The translations under genes were made by a program, and so were the position numbers. DNA of 38,092 nucleotides from Catajapyx aquilonaris (lineage: Eukaryota). Shown here piece after piece: positions 1 to 9,696 of this stretch. The notes below the pieces were generated by a model that saw nothing but the letters and a program-made list of their open reading frames with translations, ran no database searches and had not been told where the DNA came from. Position 1 is the stretch's first letter. Each line of letters begins with the position of its first letter. The stretch spans positions 1 to 38,092 of the forward strand of contig KZ538971.1 in assembly GCA_000934665.2 (NCBI GenBank), read 5' to 3'.

Positions 1-461
1 GATTTGCACTATCCAGGGTCCACAGCGTGAATTTTTTGGCCTCCGAGAAGTGTCATAAAAAATTCATTTTGTGGCGTAATGTCGGCAACTAGTCAAAAAA
101 TGTCACTTTCAAATGCGATGTCCCTCACTCCACCTTCGAGACTTGCTGACTAGAGTTTGTTTACAAGCCGGTAAAGACTCGCGCTGAAGCTCAGACCGGT
201 TCGGGGAAATGGGGACGACGCGACATGTGGTAATGGCGCAATTCTAACCGATGCTTGTCGTTCACATAGTAACCGAGGGTTTGTTTAAGCTCGAGAAATG
301 CTCACACTCGGAAGGAGAGTTTAAACTGCATCCAGCGTGTAGACGCAAACTCAGTTCAAATGGACTTGAACCACTGTTCGAGAAATCGGCCCTCAGCAAC
401 CCCATTTACAACACTTACAGTTCCATTGTGAGAAGCAGAGAAAAACAGCACCCATACTGAC

Positions 462-880
462 CAACTCAGACCATCATGCTGAGACGAAATGTAGCTTTTC
501 AGGGCTTCACTTATGTGCTCCACCAAGACCAACTCTCCTGAAGCAGCATCGTCCAGCCTCTTACCCGCTGACACAACTTGCTGAAACAGAGGCAGTCGGG
601 CTGCTTCCTCGTACTGACCCAGGAGGGTGAGCCTGACCAACTCGGCTGCATCGCCTGCATGATCGGTAATATTTATAATAAAAACCACGTGCTCCGCAAC
701 TGCTCCTAGAGTAACCTATTCTGCTTCCACAAAAAGCAACAACTGACCTTCACAGTGCTGATGCAACGCCTCCAGAACATCGTCGTCCAGCTCCACCTCC
801 TCCGGGGACATCAGAAGAGCCTGAACTCGTTCCAGAGCTTCCACGTGAGACGCAGAAAAGGGACTCCTCTCGGACGCCAT
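462..880 (-). CDS. 5' coding exons of a spliced gene, TTC27-like (tetratricopeptide repeat protein 27) candidate; continues beyond the left edge. Exons: 880-748, 654-462
   Basis: ORFs 716..943 and 356..688 join in frame through a 93-nt GT-AG intron (GAAG|gtcagt ... catgcag|GC), giving MASERSPF...HQHCEGDAAELVRLTLLGQYEEAARLPLFQQV...SQHDGLS. A second donor TTG|gtcagt lies at 462/461 and a pyrimidine-rich acceptor at 903/904 upstream of the AUG. LLGQYEEA recalls the TTC27 N-terminus (LLEGNYEA), but the diagnostic QSNWTGP segment is not in the window, so the name is tentative. Confidence 0.6.
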
Positions 881-1049
881 CTTTCCTGCTCCCAGAACTG
901 CAACTGCACAGAAAGACAGAAACACGGGCAGTCGGGGACGCACGAGGGAACGGATGACGGATGAGTCGGGGAGGGTGGGGGCATGAGGGTCGGGGGTAAA
1001 TTAACACAAGGAATGGTCAGGTGCATTCCGCATGCTGTCTGGCTAATTT

Positions 1050-1136
1050 ACCTGACTGGCACGGGAGGCGCTCGAAGCAAACCTCCTGCGCGCCATCATG
1101 CGGGAAGGAGTAAAGTTGAGATCTGGGCGGGAAAAA
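1050..1136 (-). promoter_or_regulatory. Probable housekeeping-type promoter / first exon of the TTC27-like gene
   Basis: Donor CAG|gtaaat at 1052/1051, YY1-like ATGGCG (1091-1096), E2F-like TTTCCCGCC (~1126-1134, minus), CpG-rich, no TATA box. Confidence 0.4.
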
Positions 1137-2036
1137 CCCTGAAATAGGCACTGAAATAGGCACGAAAAAAACCCTCAAATAGGTTCAAACATTTCATTTT
1201 TGTGGGTGTATGGAGGATAATGTTACAGAAAATCAAAAGAGAGGCACAAATTTTGTTGGTCTAAAGTATAAAATAATATTATAATAATATAGTTTTAGTT
1301 TTATTCACCTGCTGGGCTTTACGGGCCCTTGTGCAGGTAATATAACGTCACTAACCAGAGCAAAAACAGAATAACAACAATAAACGCAGAAAACCACAAA
1401 ACTTGGTCAAAAGACACAAATAAGTCACACCGTCACACTTGCTCTGGACTCGACTGGTTATATAGCCCGTTTCCACTTGCAATGTGTGTTACCAAAGATT
1501 TTTCTATATTTAAATTAGTGAAACTAATTACTTCTGAACGATTTTGGCCCTTTCAGGAGTACAAAAAATACTCTGCAAAAAAAAAACATGCCTCTAAAGG
1601 AATAGGTCTGGAATTGGCCCAAGAAGTCCAGAAATTGCTTCAAAAAGTTCACAAACTATCCAAAAAAAAAAGGCCAAATATAGGAGCAAAAAGCCAGAAT
1701 AGGTGAAATACGTAGTTCCCAAAAGCACAAAATAGGCAAATTTAGGCGCAATAAGACCTGCGTTTTTCACATCCTGCACGTATGGAATGGTCAGATCTCT
1801 TCAAAAACCATCCCAACTGTAATGGAACTAAATAGGCATTTGCCTAAAAATTCTGACTTTAGATAATATTATATTATATACCAGTAGTGTGACACTTGCA
1901 GCACTTTCAGAGAACTTGCTAATATTTTCCATTTTTACCACAACCCAGCTTTGTGCATCTTATCCAATGGAAAAATGCATCTATGTCCTGCTTTACCATC
2001 AGTGTCATTGCTTAATGCCCGAATATGAATTCACAT

Positions 2037-2269
2037 TGTGGGGACCACGTGTGTGGTTCCAGCATTTATCCTCTTTTGGAAATTGTCCCTGTTCTTGTGC
2101 GCCATGTGGTGGCTGTAATACTGTATAAAAGGAAGGGGGCTTATTCGGCCCTCGGAAGACTCTCTCTCCTGTATCACTCCTGCAATACACTGATGTAACC
2201 TCCTACAGGACTCTTATTCCCACACCCTGCGACCTAGGTAGGTCAGGGGTCAGGTCAAGGGTCCTGACA
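2037..2269 (+). mobile_element. Solo LTR (Ty3/gypsy-like), 233 bp
   Basis: Starts TGTGGGGACC and ends GGTCCTGACA (8/10 inverted match, TG...CA). Exact 4-bp target-site duplication ACAT at 2033-2036 and 2270-2273. Internal TATAAAA (~2124), a pyrimidine-rich stretch and an AATACA polyA-like signal (~2184). Confidence 0.85.
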
Positions 2270-2984
2270 ACATATTCTCTTCAATTGCATGGGCATTTAC
2301 GGGTACTGTCATTTCTACCTCTTTTTCTTGTCAGTTTACTGTACATGCATGACTGCATGGCTGTGCTAGCATACATTACCCTACACACATCACAGCAAGT
2401 GTTGGAAGTGATCACCATGATATGCGAAGCACATAATTATATCCACGCGCAGGTGTGCATGCTGTTGTAAACCCATCTCAATGTTACAATGTCAAAGCAA
2501 GCATCAAAGTTGTGCATTTTATTACGGTATTAATGTTTTCCTGTAAGGCTTCAATAATCATTATTGTACCTGGTTTGCACCTGTAAATGAATCAGTTGTT
2601 TCAAAAAGGTCTTGTCCACTTTTTGGAATTTTTGAGTTGACACTGCTATGTTTCTTCTTGAGTATAAACACATGTTCAGAATGAAAACGGCATCAGCCAG
2701 ATGCCTCTGTATGTGATAAATTGCACCCCAGAACTCTATATCAGATATTCAAGGCAGGGTAGTGTCAGCATGGTTGTTGCTTTCCCCCCTTCAGTTAACC
2801 TGCTCTGAGGGTATGGTTGCTGTGAGAATAGCAGTAGCCCGAGTCATATCGTACCCCATGTAGTACGCCAAGCATGTATGCCAGTCTTCAGAAATGCCCT
2901 TTAAAATGCCTGCTAGAAACCACCTTGAATTGCAATGTCTGTCAGTCTACCTTGCACACTTACCCTGTTGCCATAACCGGAATT

Positions 2985-3036
2985 CCCCCCCCCCCCNNNN
3001 NNNNNNNNNNNNNNNNNNNNNNGGGGGGGGGGGGGG
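2985..3036. other. Assembly gap (25 N, 2997-3021) flanked by poly-C and poly-G
   Basis: Seen directly. Confidence 0.95.
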
Positions 3037-3059
3037 TATTTGAGCAGTTAAGATGATCT

Positions 3060-3295
3060 TATTATTTACTCCAAGGATAGGTAGGAGGGGATGTGCAAAG
3101 TGCATGTGCGCTGTCGTTGAGTGGTCATTTTATGAACTCCCCCGGGTGACTTAGTCTGTCGTAAATTGCCACCCGAAATGAAGCCAGAGATGGCCCAACT
3201 CTGCACGGATCAAGGTGGGAACCCCGGGTGGGGATTGAACACGGGACCTTCATATCCGTGGGCGCACGCGTTGCCGCGACGCTCCTTCATCTCCC
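3060..3295 (-). mobile_element. Degenerate tRNA-derived SINE
   Basis: Minus strand has a tRNA-like head: degenerate A-box region (GCGTCGCGGCAACGCG), then GGTCCCGTGTTCAATCCC (B-box like, 3231-3248), followed by a non-tRNA body and an A/T-rich tail. No intact cloverleaf. Confidence 0.6.
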
Positions 3296-3385
3296 TCATA
3301 ACCGGAATTTATGACAGCATGTGGCAACACCGAGTCAAGGCAGTCAATCCAAGTAAATGAAATTGCTAACTTGTGCACAATACAA

Positions 3386-3391
3386 TTTATT
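3386..3391 (-). promoter_or_regulatory. Candidate polyadenylation signal of the bZIP gene
   Basis: AATAAA on the minus strand ~660 nt downstream of the stop at 4051. Confidence 0.4.
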
Positions 3392-4050
3392 TTCCCCATT
3401 ACACAAGTTGTACTTGTTGCATAGTAATACAATCCAAAGTAATCGCAACCCACATAATCCTGTTACAAAAAAGATGGTACATGTGCATCAACTCACCCCC
3501 TGAACAAGAGCAGTTTAATGTTGTTCTGTTCATGTCAAATTTAAAAAAAAGTTGTACAAGACATCAGTGAAACTAAATCCACAAACTAAACACAACGTGT
3601 ATCAAAACAAACTTTGCATAAACTGAATGTCATACATTGCTTAAAAGGGACTGAACTTATATCTGCTTGTCTCTTCTGACTTGTGCATGCAAATATAACT
3701 TTTGTGCATTCCATTACATCCCAAAGATCACAAAATGCCACAAATTAAACAGTGCAAGACTAGAAGAACAGCAACAGTTGGCAAGGGTGCCACGAGAATG
3801 GGCAAGTGGGCATGGCAAGCATGTGACCACCTGTGGGATTAGTGATTGGTTTCAGCTATGCTTGTGCATTCGATCTACCCCAGGTAGATTGAAGCCCCAA
3901 GCACATAGCCAAGGCATTCCATCTCAAGCATTCGAGGCTTATTCCAAGCACAAAAGTCCCAACTTCCGCACACAAGTCTCGAGTTACAAGATGATACAAA
4001 TTCAGACCTTAATTGACCAGTACCTCACCCTTTCAGATCATCTTAAGTTC

Positions 4051-7000
4051 TTATTTCTTGTTCTTTGCAATGCTGTTTAACACTTCTGCCTTAACCCTAG
4101 TGTAAAGGGATTCAAGTGTTTGGAGTTTCGCCTTCAACCGACGATTTTCTTTCTCTAGTAGGGTTTTCTGGATCTCCAGGTTGGACTCGCGTTGACGCCG
4201 CTTAGCCCTTGACCGACGAGAAGCCTCATTATTACGCTCCCTCAGGTCCTTCTCTTTGCTGGCTGCTGTTGTGCGACGGGCTGGCGTAATTGAAGGTCGG
4301 TGGAAAGCACTGGCTCCCTTACGCCAGTCTGGATCCTTTAAGTCATCCTCCTCCTCTGACTCTTCTGCATTTTCCTCCTGAGAAGGCTCTTCAATCCTGG
4401 CTGTTGTTGTCTCAGCCTTGGAAATGCCAAGCATTTTCTCGTAATCCTCCTAAAATTGACAAGAGTAAAGTGTATTAATTCCTCTCTCTTACTCAAATAG
4501 CATCTCTTAAAAGTAATGATCCATAAATTGAATCATATCAGGATACCATGTGCAGTGTTGAGAAATCACAGCTACCAACACACTTATTAGCAAATGACAA
4601 TGCTGCCGTCAGTTGTGAGAGGACCGTAACTAAATATTCACTTCTCTTGCGGCGAGAAAAGAGAGCAAGTGTTACCGAAAGCATCCAAGAGGTGGCGTTG
4701 GGGGAAGGGGGGAAAAAGGAACAGCCTCCCACCTCCACCTGTTGGGTGCTTTTGTTACCACTGCTTTTTTTCTCGCCACAAGGGGAAGTGGACGCTGAGT
4801 TACGGTCTTCTCATATCTGACGGCAGAATAGTGCCTGCAGGGAGCCCAGGGAGCCACATGTTAGCACAGGTTAAGGAGAATCGAGTTGGTAGGCAATAAT
4901 TTCAAAGCACACTGTGACACTCAAAATGCACCGAATTCCCTACATGCGAAGATTCTGTGTGCCCAACAACATTCAGGGTGAAAGAATGTGCTATAGGCCC
5001 CCGGCATCCATCGGTTCGTTATTCAAGGTTGGAAAATATTAAAATATTTATTTAAAAACTTTCAGTTCCAACACGATTATTAATTGCGAGGCAACCACAT
5101 GCGACATTTTTCCGAAGCGGCAGAAGAAGGAATATTGCTCGCCCGGCTTGTAGCATGCTTATCTTCGATTCCTTCTTCTGCCGCTTCGGAAAAATGTCGC
5201 TGCCGGTTGCCTCGATATATCGCCAGCATTGTACTATATCGCTCAAAAAGATAGAGACGATTGGCATTTGATTCAAGTGCAAGTTGCACTTGAGTCAAAT
5301 GCAAAATCGTCTCGATCTTTTTGGGCGATATAGTACATATATGCTAAAAACATAATTATGTTATATAGGGTTTGGTATTATCTGCGTGTGTGTGTGTGTG
5401 TGTGTGGGGGGGGGGGGAGGTGTCATTATTACTCATTGATAATATAATGGGAGCCCACTGTGGTACTGCATAATTTGCATCCTTTCTCAACACATCATCC
5501 AAGTTGATGACACCACCACAAAATAGTTTTCCTCACAAGTGTTCCCAATAGTTTCCATCTACCTGGGCATCCAGAATTGACCTATCTAAATGTCACAGCA
5601 GATAGTGACTGCATAGTAATGTCCTTTTTTAGCCTATTCAGATTACAGTGATCACTGACTACGATTACAATGCTTCATGCATCTAAATGCTCAGGTGCTT
5701 ATGCCGTTACATCCTCCCAAAATTACTCCATACATGCTGTCGTACCATGAATGCCCATGCCAATACTTGCAGGCAATATAAATTGGGGTTTGTCATTATA
5801 TTATGACTGCGTACTCATTTCACACCTCTACACTTTTCATTCGTTTTGGGTTAAGGAATCTAATTGCATCCTAGCAGCCCTTCCTTGCTGTTACACTTTA
5901 CATCCCATTTCAGTTTTCACAAAAATTACTCTCTCTTAAGGCAGAATAAACTGAAAAATACATACCTCACTGATAAATTTAACCAGGTCAAATTGGTCAA
6001 TCTCAGCGCAGTCAAGAATGTCAGCAGAAGAGGTGGAAGTTGATGGTTCAGGTTCAGGTTCCAATTTGGGGCAGAGTGGCAATTCCGTACTTGAATGAGA
6101 TCTGGGCACTGGTGAGTTGCGCAGTTGGGTGGCAACTGGTGGTTCCGGTGAATAAGCAATGTTCACATCCGATTCTGGAGGAGTTTCAATGGTCACAGCT
6201 TCTTCGTTGCTCATTTCTGGCAGCTCCATCTTCACCATTTCTGGAGTGCAGCCATTCTGCATTAAGGTGATCAGCTCCTCCGGATTTATCACTGACAGCA
6301 CCACAATGTGCCTGGCAGTGGAAGAAGGCCTGGTTGCAGTCTCCTCAATAGCACTCTCAAAATGCTGTATTGGGATTGACACTTCTTCCTCTGGCAGAAG
6401 CCCATTGATGGAGCTTGCCACTGCATCATCTATATTGCAGGTGGCACCTCCTTCCTGATGCCATCCTGCCAGTGGCACAGATTGTTCCATGGCCACTGGC
6501 AGGATGTCATCTTCAACACCCCCAAGGACGTTGTCCAGTGGGTCCTCCTCAGGTGTAAGGATGGTCTCAGGCTTCTTATCCAAAGTGATGAGGTTATCTT
6601 CACCCCATGTTTCCATATCATCAAAAACTGTCATGTCACTGTCCAATTTCCAGGGATCCTGCATGCCTGTAAGACAACAAAGTATGAGATTTACAAAAAG
6701 CTAACCCAAAATTATACACTTCATCATCAGCCATTCTGAAGCATCCCTAGTTTTCATAAGGAGACCTGCTGTAGATACTGAAAATTTGGATATTTGGTTT
6801 GAACATATTATTTAATTTTGCAAGTACAACCAGTACTTTTTATTACACTACAGAACTAATGTTATAAACTATCATATTCATTTTAATTGGTTGTTTTCAT
6901 GTCCTAATGTGTCTAACTTGTAAAATTTAACTTATAGGTATTTAATAGCTTCATATGCTGGGACGAGTCACATTTTGCCTGTGAAACTTGAGCATTTTTC

Positions 7001-7892
7001 CATCAAGTGATTTTGGTGTGATTTTCTCACTTTCCTCAAGAACATACCAGGAGGGTACATTTTGTTGATCCCTTCCAAAGCTTGTAAATCATACAAAATG
7101 GCATCCATCTCATTAGGGTTAAGATTCAATTAAGGCACTCCAGTAAGTAAAATAACGAGATTGAGTAAAACAAAACTGCCCCGTCACTGTCAGACAAACA
7201 CGAATAAAAATTTGGCAAGGGTGGATTTACTCCACTGGATTTACACGTAATGCCTCTCCCCCCACTATCCAGTATTGTGTCAGGATTATTATCAACCTAT
7301 GAGAACCCGAAAAATTCCAAGCGTTCACAAGTGATTTATTCAGCAATGAATAATAATTGTTTGATCCTTCAGTTGTCTCAGGACCACATATGCTCTACTT
7401 CAAAGTTTGGATTTTCCTAATTAGAATGAATATCCTGTCCTACCCATCTCACATTTTCCAAGCCATTTTCCACTTAAAAAATTGATCAAAGCTGTAAAAT
7501 AAAGGAGTCCCTTGCAGGAAGTATAAATTTTTGGCATAATGTTAAGCACTAATATTATGCTTTTACAACCACATGATGCACTAAATGGCGTATCAGGGTC
7601 AGAGATAAGGATCTGCAATGTCAAAATGCAACAGCAGCTATTTTCTCAATTAAAAACCCGAATCCAGTCTGTTTCCCAATTAGTGTACATAATACATTTA
7701 CTGCTTCTAACTTATAAAACAGAGCCAACTCATACCAATGACTGGAGTGTTCAGTTCACCTTCCATCTGGATGGAAGGGGTCCCAAACAAATTCCCGTAG
7801 AGCAGATCGCTTTTGTCCACTGTCTTGGTCAAGGCTGATGGGTCGAAGTGTGATGTAACTTGGAAGTCCACGCGGACCCTCTTGTTCATCAT
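4051..7892 (-). CDS. C/EBP-related stress bZIP transcription factor (Xrp1/DDIT3-CHOP-like candidate), 418 aa. Exons: 7892-7736, 6666-5966, 4449-4051
   Basis: Phase-consistent GT-AG joins: ATT G|gtatga...ttacag|GC ATG (phase 1) and GAG|gtatgt...ttttag|GAG (phase 0). The protein is MMNKRVRVDFQVTSHFDPSAL...LNTPVIGMQDPWK..., with an acidic/PEST-rich middle and FDLVKFI motif, then basic region LRERNNEASRRSRAKRR (N-x7-R) and leucine heptads L-EIQKTL-L-EKENRR-L-KAKLQT-L-ESLYTR-V at the extreme C-terminus. The bZIP call is secure; the subfamily is inferred. Confidence 0.88.
5087..5213. repeat. Inverted repeat with perfect 33-bp arms (5101-5133 / 5168-5200), extended by GAGGCAACC/GGTTGCCTC
   Basis: GCGACATTTTTCCGAAGCGGCAGAAGAAGGAAT is the exact reverse complement of ATTCCTTCTTCTGCCGCTTCGGAAAAATGTCGC; 34-nt spacer. 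Confidence 0.95.
5225..5345. repeat. Near-perfect palindrome with ~53-bp arms centred at 5283
   Basis: TGTACTATATCGCTCAAAAAGATAGAGACGATTGGCATTTGATTCAAGTGCAA-G-TTGCACTTGAGTCAAATGCAAAATCGTCTCGATCTTTTTGGGCGATATAGTACA; about 5 mismatches/indels. Confidence 0.93.
5387..5417. repeat. (GT)n microsatellite followed by a G run
   Basis: Seen directly. Confidence 0.9.
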
Positions 7893-8019
7893 CTTGGTCG
7901 TCTTCGTCAAGTCCGCTTGACCCCAAGATGAGAGAGACCCTGGGGCAGCCAGCGACTTGGCAGCCAGCGAGAGTTGCGAGTTGGCATTTGGCGCCGGAAC
8001 CTCCTTCGATTTGAACCAT
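7756..8019 (-). CDS. Upstream overlapping ORF of the bZIP mRNA, 87 aa (MVQIEGGSGAKCQL...REFVWDPFHPDGR)
   Basis: First AUG of the predicted spliced mRNA (exon 8033-7736), strong context gacATGG. Runs out of frame across the main AUG (7892) and stops at 7756, inside the same exon. Confidence 0.6.
   Translation of the reverse strand: MVQIEGGSGAKCQLATLAGCQVAGCPRVSLILGSSGLDEDDQDDEQEGPRGLPSYITLRPISLDQDSGQKRSALREFVWDPFHPDGR
7907..7987 (-). CDS. Nested short uORF, 26 aa (MPTRNSRWLPSRWLPQGLSHLGVKRT)
   Basis: AUG at 7987 in weak context (caaATGc), third frame; TGA at 7909-7907, 14 nt before the main AUG. Confidence 0.45.
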   Translation of the reverse strand: MPTRNSRWLPSRWLPQGLSHLGVKRT

Positions 8020-8915
8020 GTCGGAACACAAAACTGCAAGAGTAAAAAGATTATTGAGCACTCGCTCATATTCAACCGAAAGCCCTTCGTCACATCTTGG
8101 AAAAAATTGCTAGACAAGATGCATGTACTACTGATATATCAAATGCAATATGACTTGAATTTTGTTTGGCACATTTCCTCTTGCCGAGATTCTAAAATCC
8201 AAGGGGTAAATCACTCTGTAGTTGCGCGTACAACGAACTTGTAAAAAGCTGGACTTGACAAGTGATTTACCCCTTGCTAAAACCACACATGTTCTGTCAG
8301 TCTTCCAGCAACAACTTTCAGGAATAGTCTCAATTGACACCATTTGAGTCTCCTTATTCTAAAGGGGCACAAATGATAAATGTGCATAATACCTATCCCT
8401 ACCCTTGCACCCCACCCCCCCGAGCTGCTTCTTTCCTGAATCTGGAATTCTACACTGGGACCGGTACTGCAATTGGGGGGCAGACAAAAAAATGTACTGG
8501 TGCTGAAGCTGAAAAAAAAACAATCATTTTGTCACCTGTTAGTTTACCATTTGTTTCTCCAGCCAACACGCTCTGAGGACAGCTCGTGGTGCAATCATTT
8601 GAATTTTCTGTAGCACATCCCATATCTACATCCCGCATGCCTAGCTTCTGCACATTACTTGCCAATCCCACCCAATCACATTAGAAACCTTAAGTCATGT
8701 GATATTGTAGTACCAATCAGGCACTTCCATTACCATTTACATTCCACTAATCAGATTAAAAATATTTTGATGCTTGTTGGGAATGATAACTGCAAATATC
8801 ACTCCCTGTAGGTGAACCTTGAGCCCTAATAATCTCGAAATCAATTCTTTACCCTTAAAAGGTCATGCAAATTCAAACATCCAACAGGTGCCTCCACATC
8901 AAATTTCCCCCTTAA

Positions 8916-9198
8916 CCCTGGCACTGTGCCGTGGGATCTTTTTGGACCCCAAGGGAAAAAATTCATTAAAATGATAATTACAATGCACTTTTGCCATTTT
9001 TTTACAGTATATAACAGGAAGTGCAGGTTTATTTTGAATTAGCGATCATTTTAGGCATTGTTCAAAGAATGATTGTATATAGTCAATACATTGAAAAGTA
9101 TTATATAAAAATTAATAAAAATTAAAATATGGCTAGGCTCCGAAAAGACCCCACGGCATGGTTGCCGTAATACTCGTAGGCACGGCACGGTTCCAGGG
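8916..9198. mobile_element. Non-autonomous piggyBac-type MITE in a bZIP 5'-UTR intron
   Basis: TTAA|CCCTGGCACTGTGCCGTG ... CACGGCACGGTTCCAGGG|TTCA (16/18 TIR, one TSD copy mutated). Also an asymmetric subterminal repeat (TGCCGTGGGATCTTTTTGG vs CCGAAAAGACCCCACGGCA at ~9140-9158), typical of piggyBac ends. AT-rich non-coding interior. Confidence 0.85.
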
Positions 9199-9326
9199 TT
9201 CAAATCTGGTCAACCTAGAAAATTCACAAATACTACTTACTTTAGTATCCCTGGTGCTGTTGAGATAAATTGTGCCTACTGCAAGGTGATCCCTTTCTGG
9301 GAAGTGTTGCACGCTGTCTGGCTTAC

Positions 9327-9378
9327 GGACAAAGGACACGAGCTTCTGGTCACTCAATGTGGCAGCTGGCTCGACCAC
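9327..9378 (-). other. Predicted non-coding exon 2 (5' UTR) of the bZIP gene
   Basis: Acceptor gattttcag|G at 9379/9378, donor TCC|gtaagc at 9327/9326; no AUG. Confidence 0.65.
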
Positions 9379-9569
9379 CTGAAAATCACAACCGACATTA
9401 ACTACTCAATTCGACACCACACCACCCACTTCATGTTATGTCGTGGACAAGTGTTGCAGCCAGCTAAATGCACATCATGCCCTCTACGGCATGGCAATAA
9501 TTTTCCATATGTGAATCTGCATGCTTCATGAGCCACAACCTTGACCAAACCCTTGTTACATAACCTCAC

Positions 9570-9696
9570 CTGGTGAATCAACACCTCGGGTTGTAACCCA
9601 AGTCACAGCAACGCCTGTGCAAAAAAAGCCGGCTGGTTCGTCCAAGATGTCCCGTACAACTCAACAACAAGACTGCTCGCTGAATATTCGCCGATT
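9570..9696 (-). other. Predicted non-coding exon 1 (5' UTR) of the bZIP gene
   Basis: CA initiator dinucleotide with the A at 9696, 31 nt from the first T of TATATAA; donor CAG|gtgagg at 9570/9569; no AUG. Confidence 0.65.

Noticed and set aside
356..943. Two in-frame ORFs separated by one TAG, suggesting a pseudogene or stop readthrough
   Set aside because: The stop lies inside a canonical 93-nt GT-AG intron (747-655) whose removal restores the frame.
3220..3295. tRNA gene
   Set aside because: Only a B-box-like motif and a decayed A-box; no acceptor stem or cloverleaf; better explained as a SINE head.
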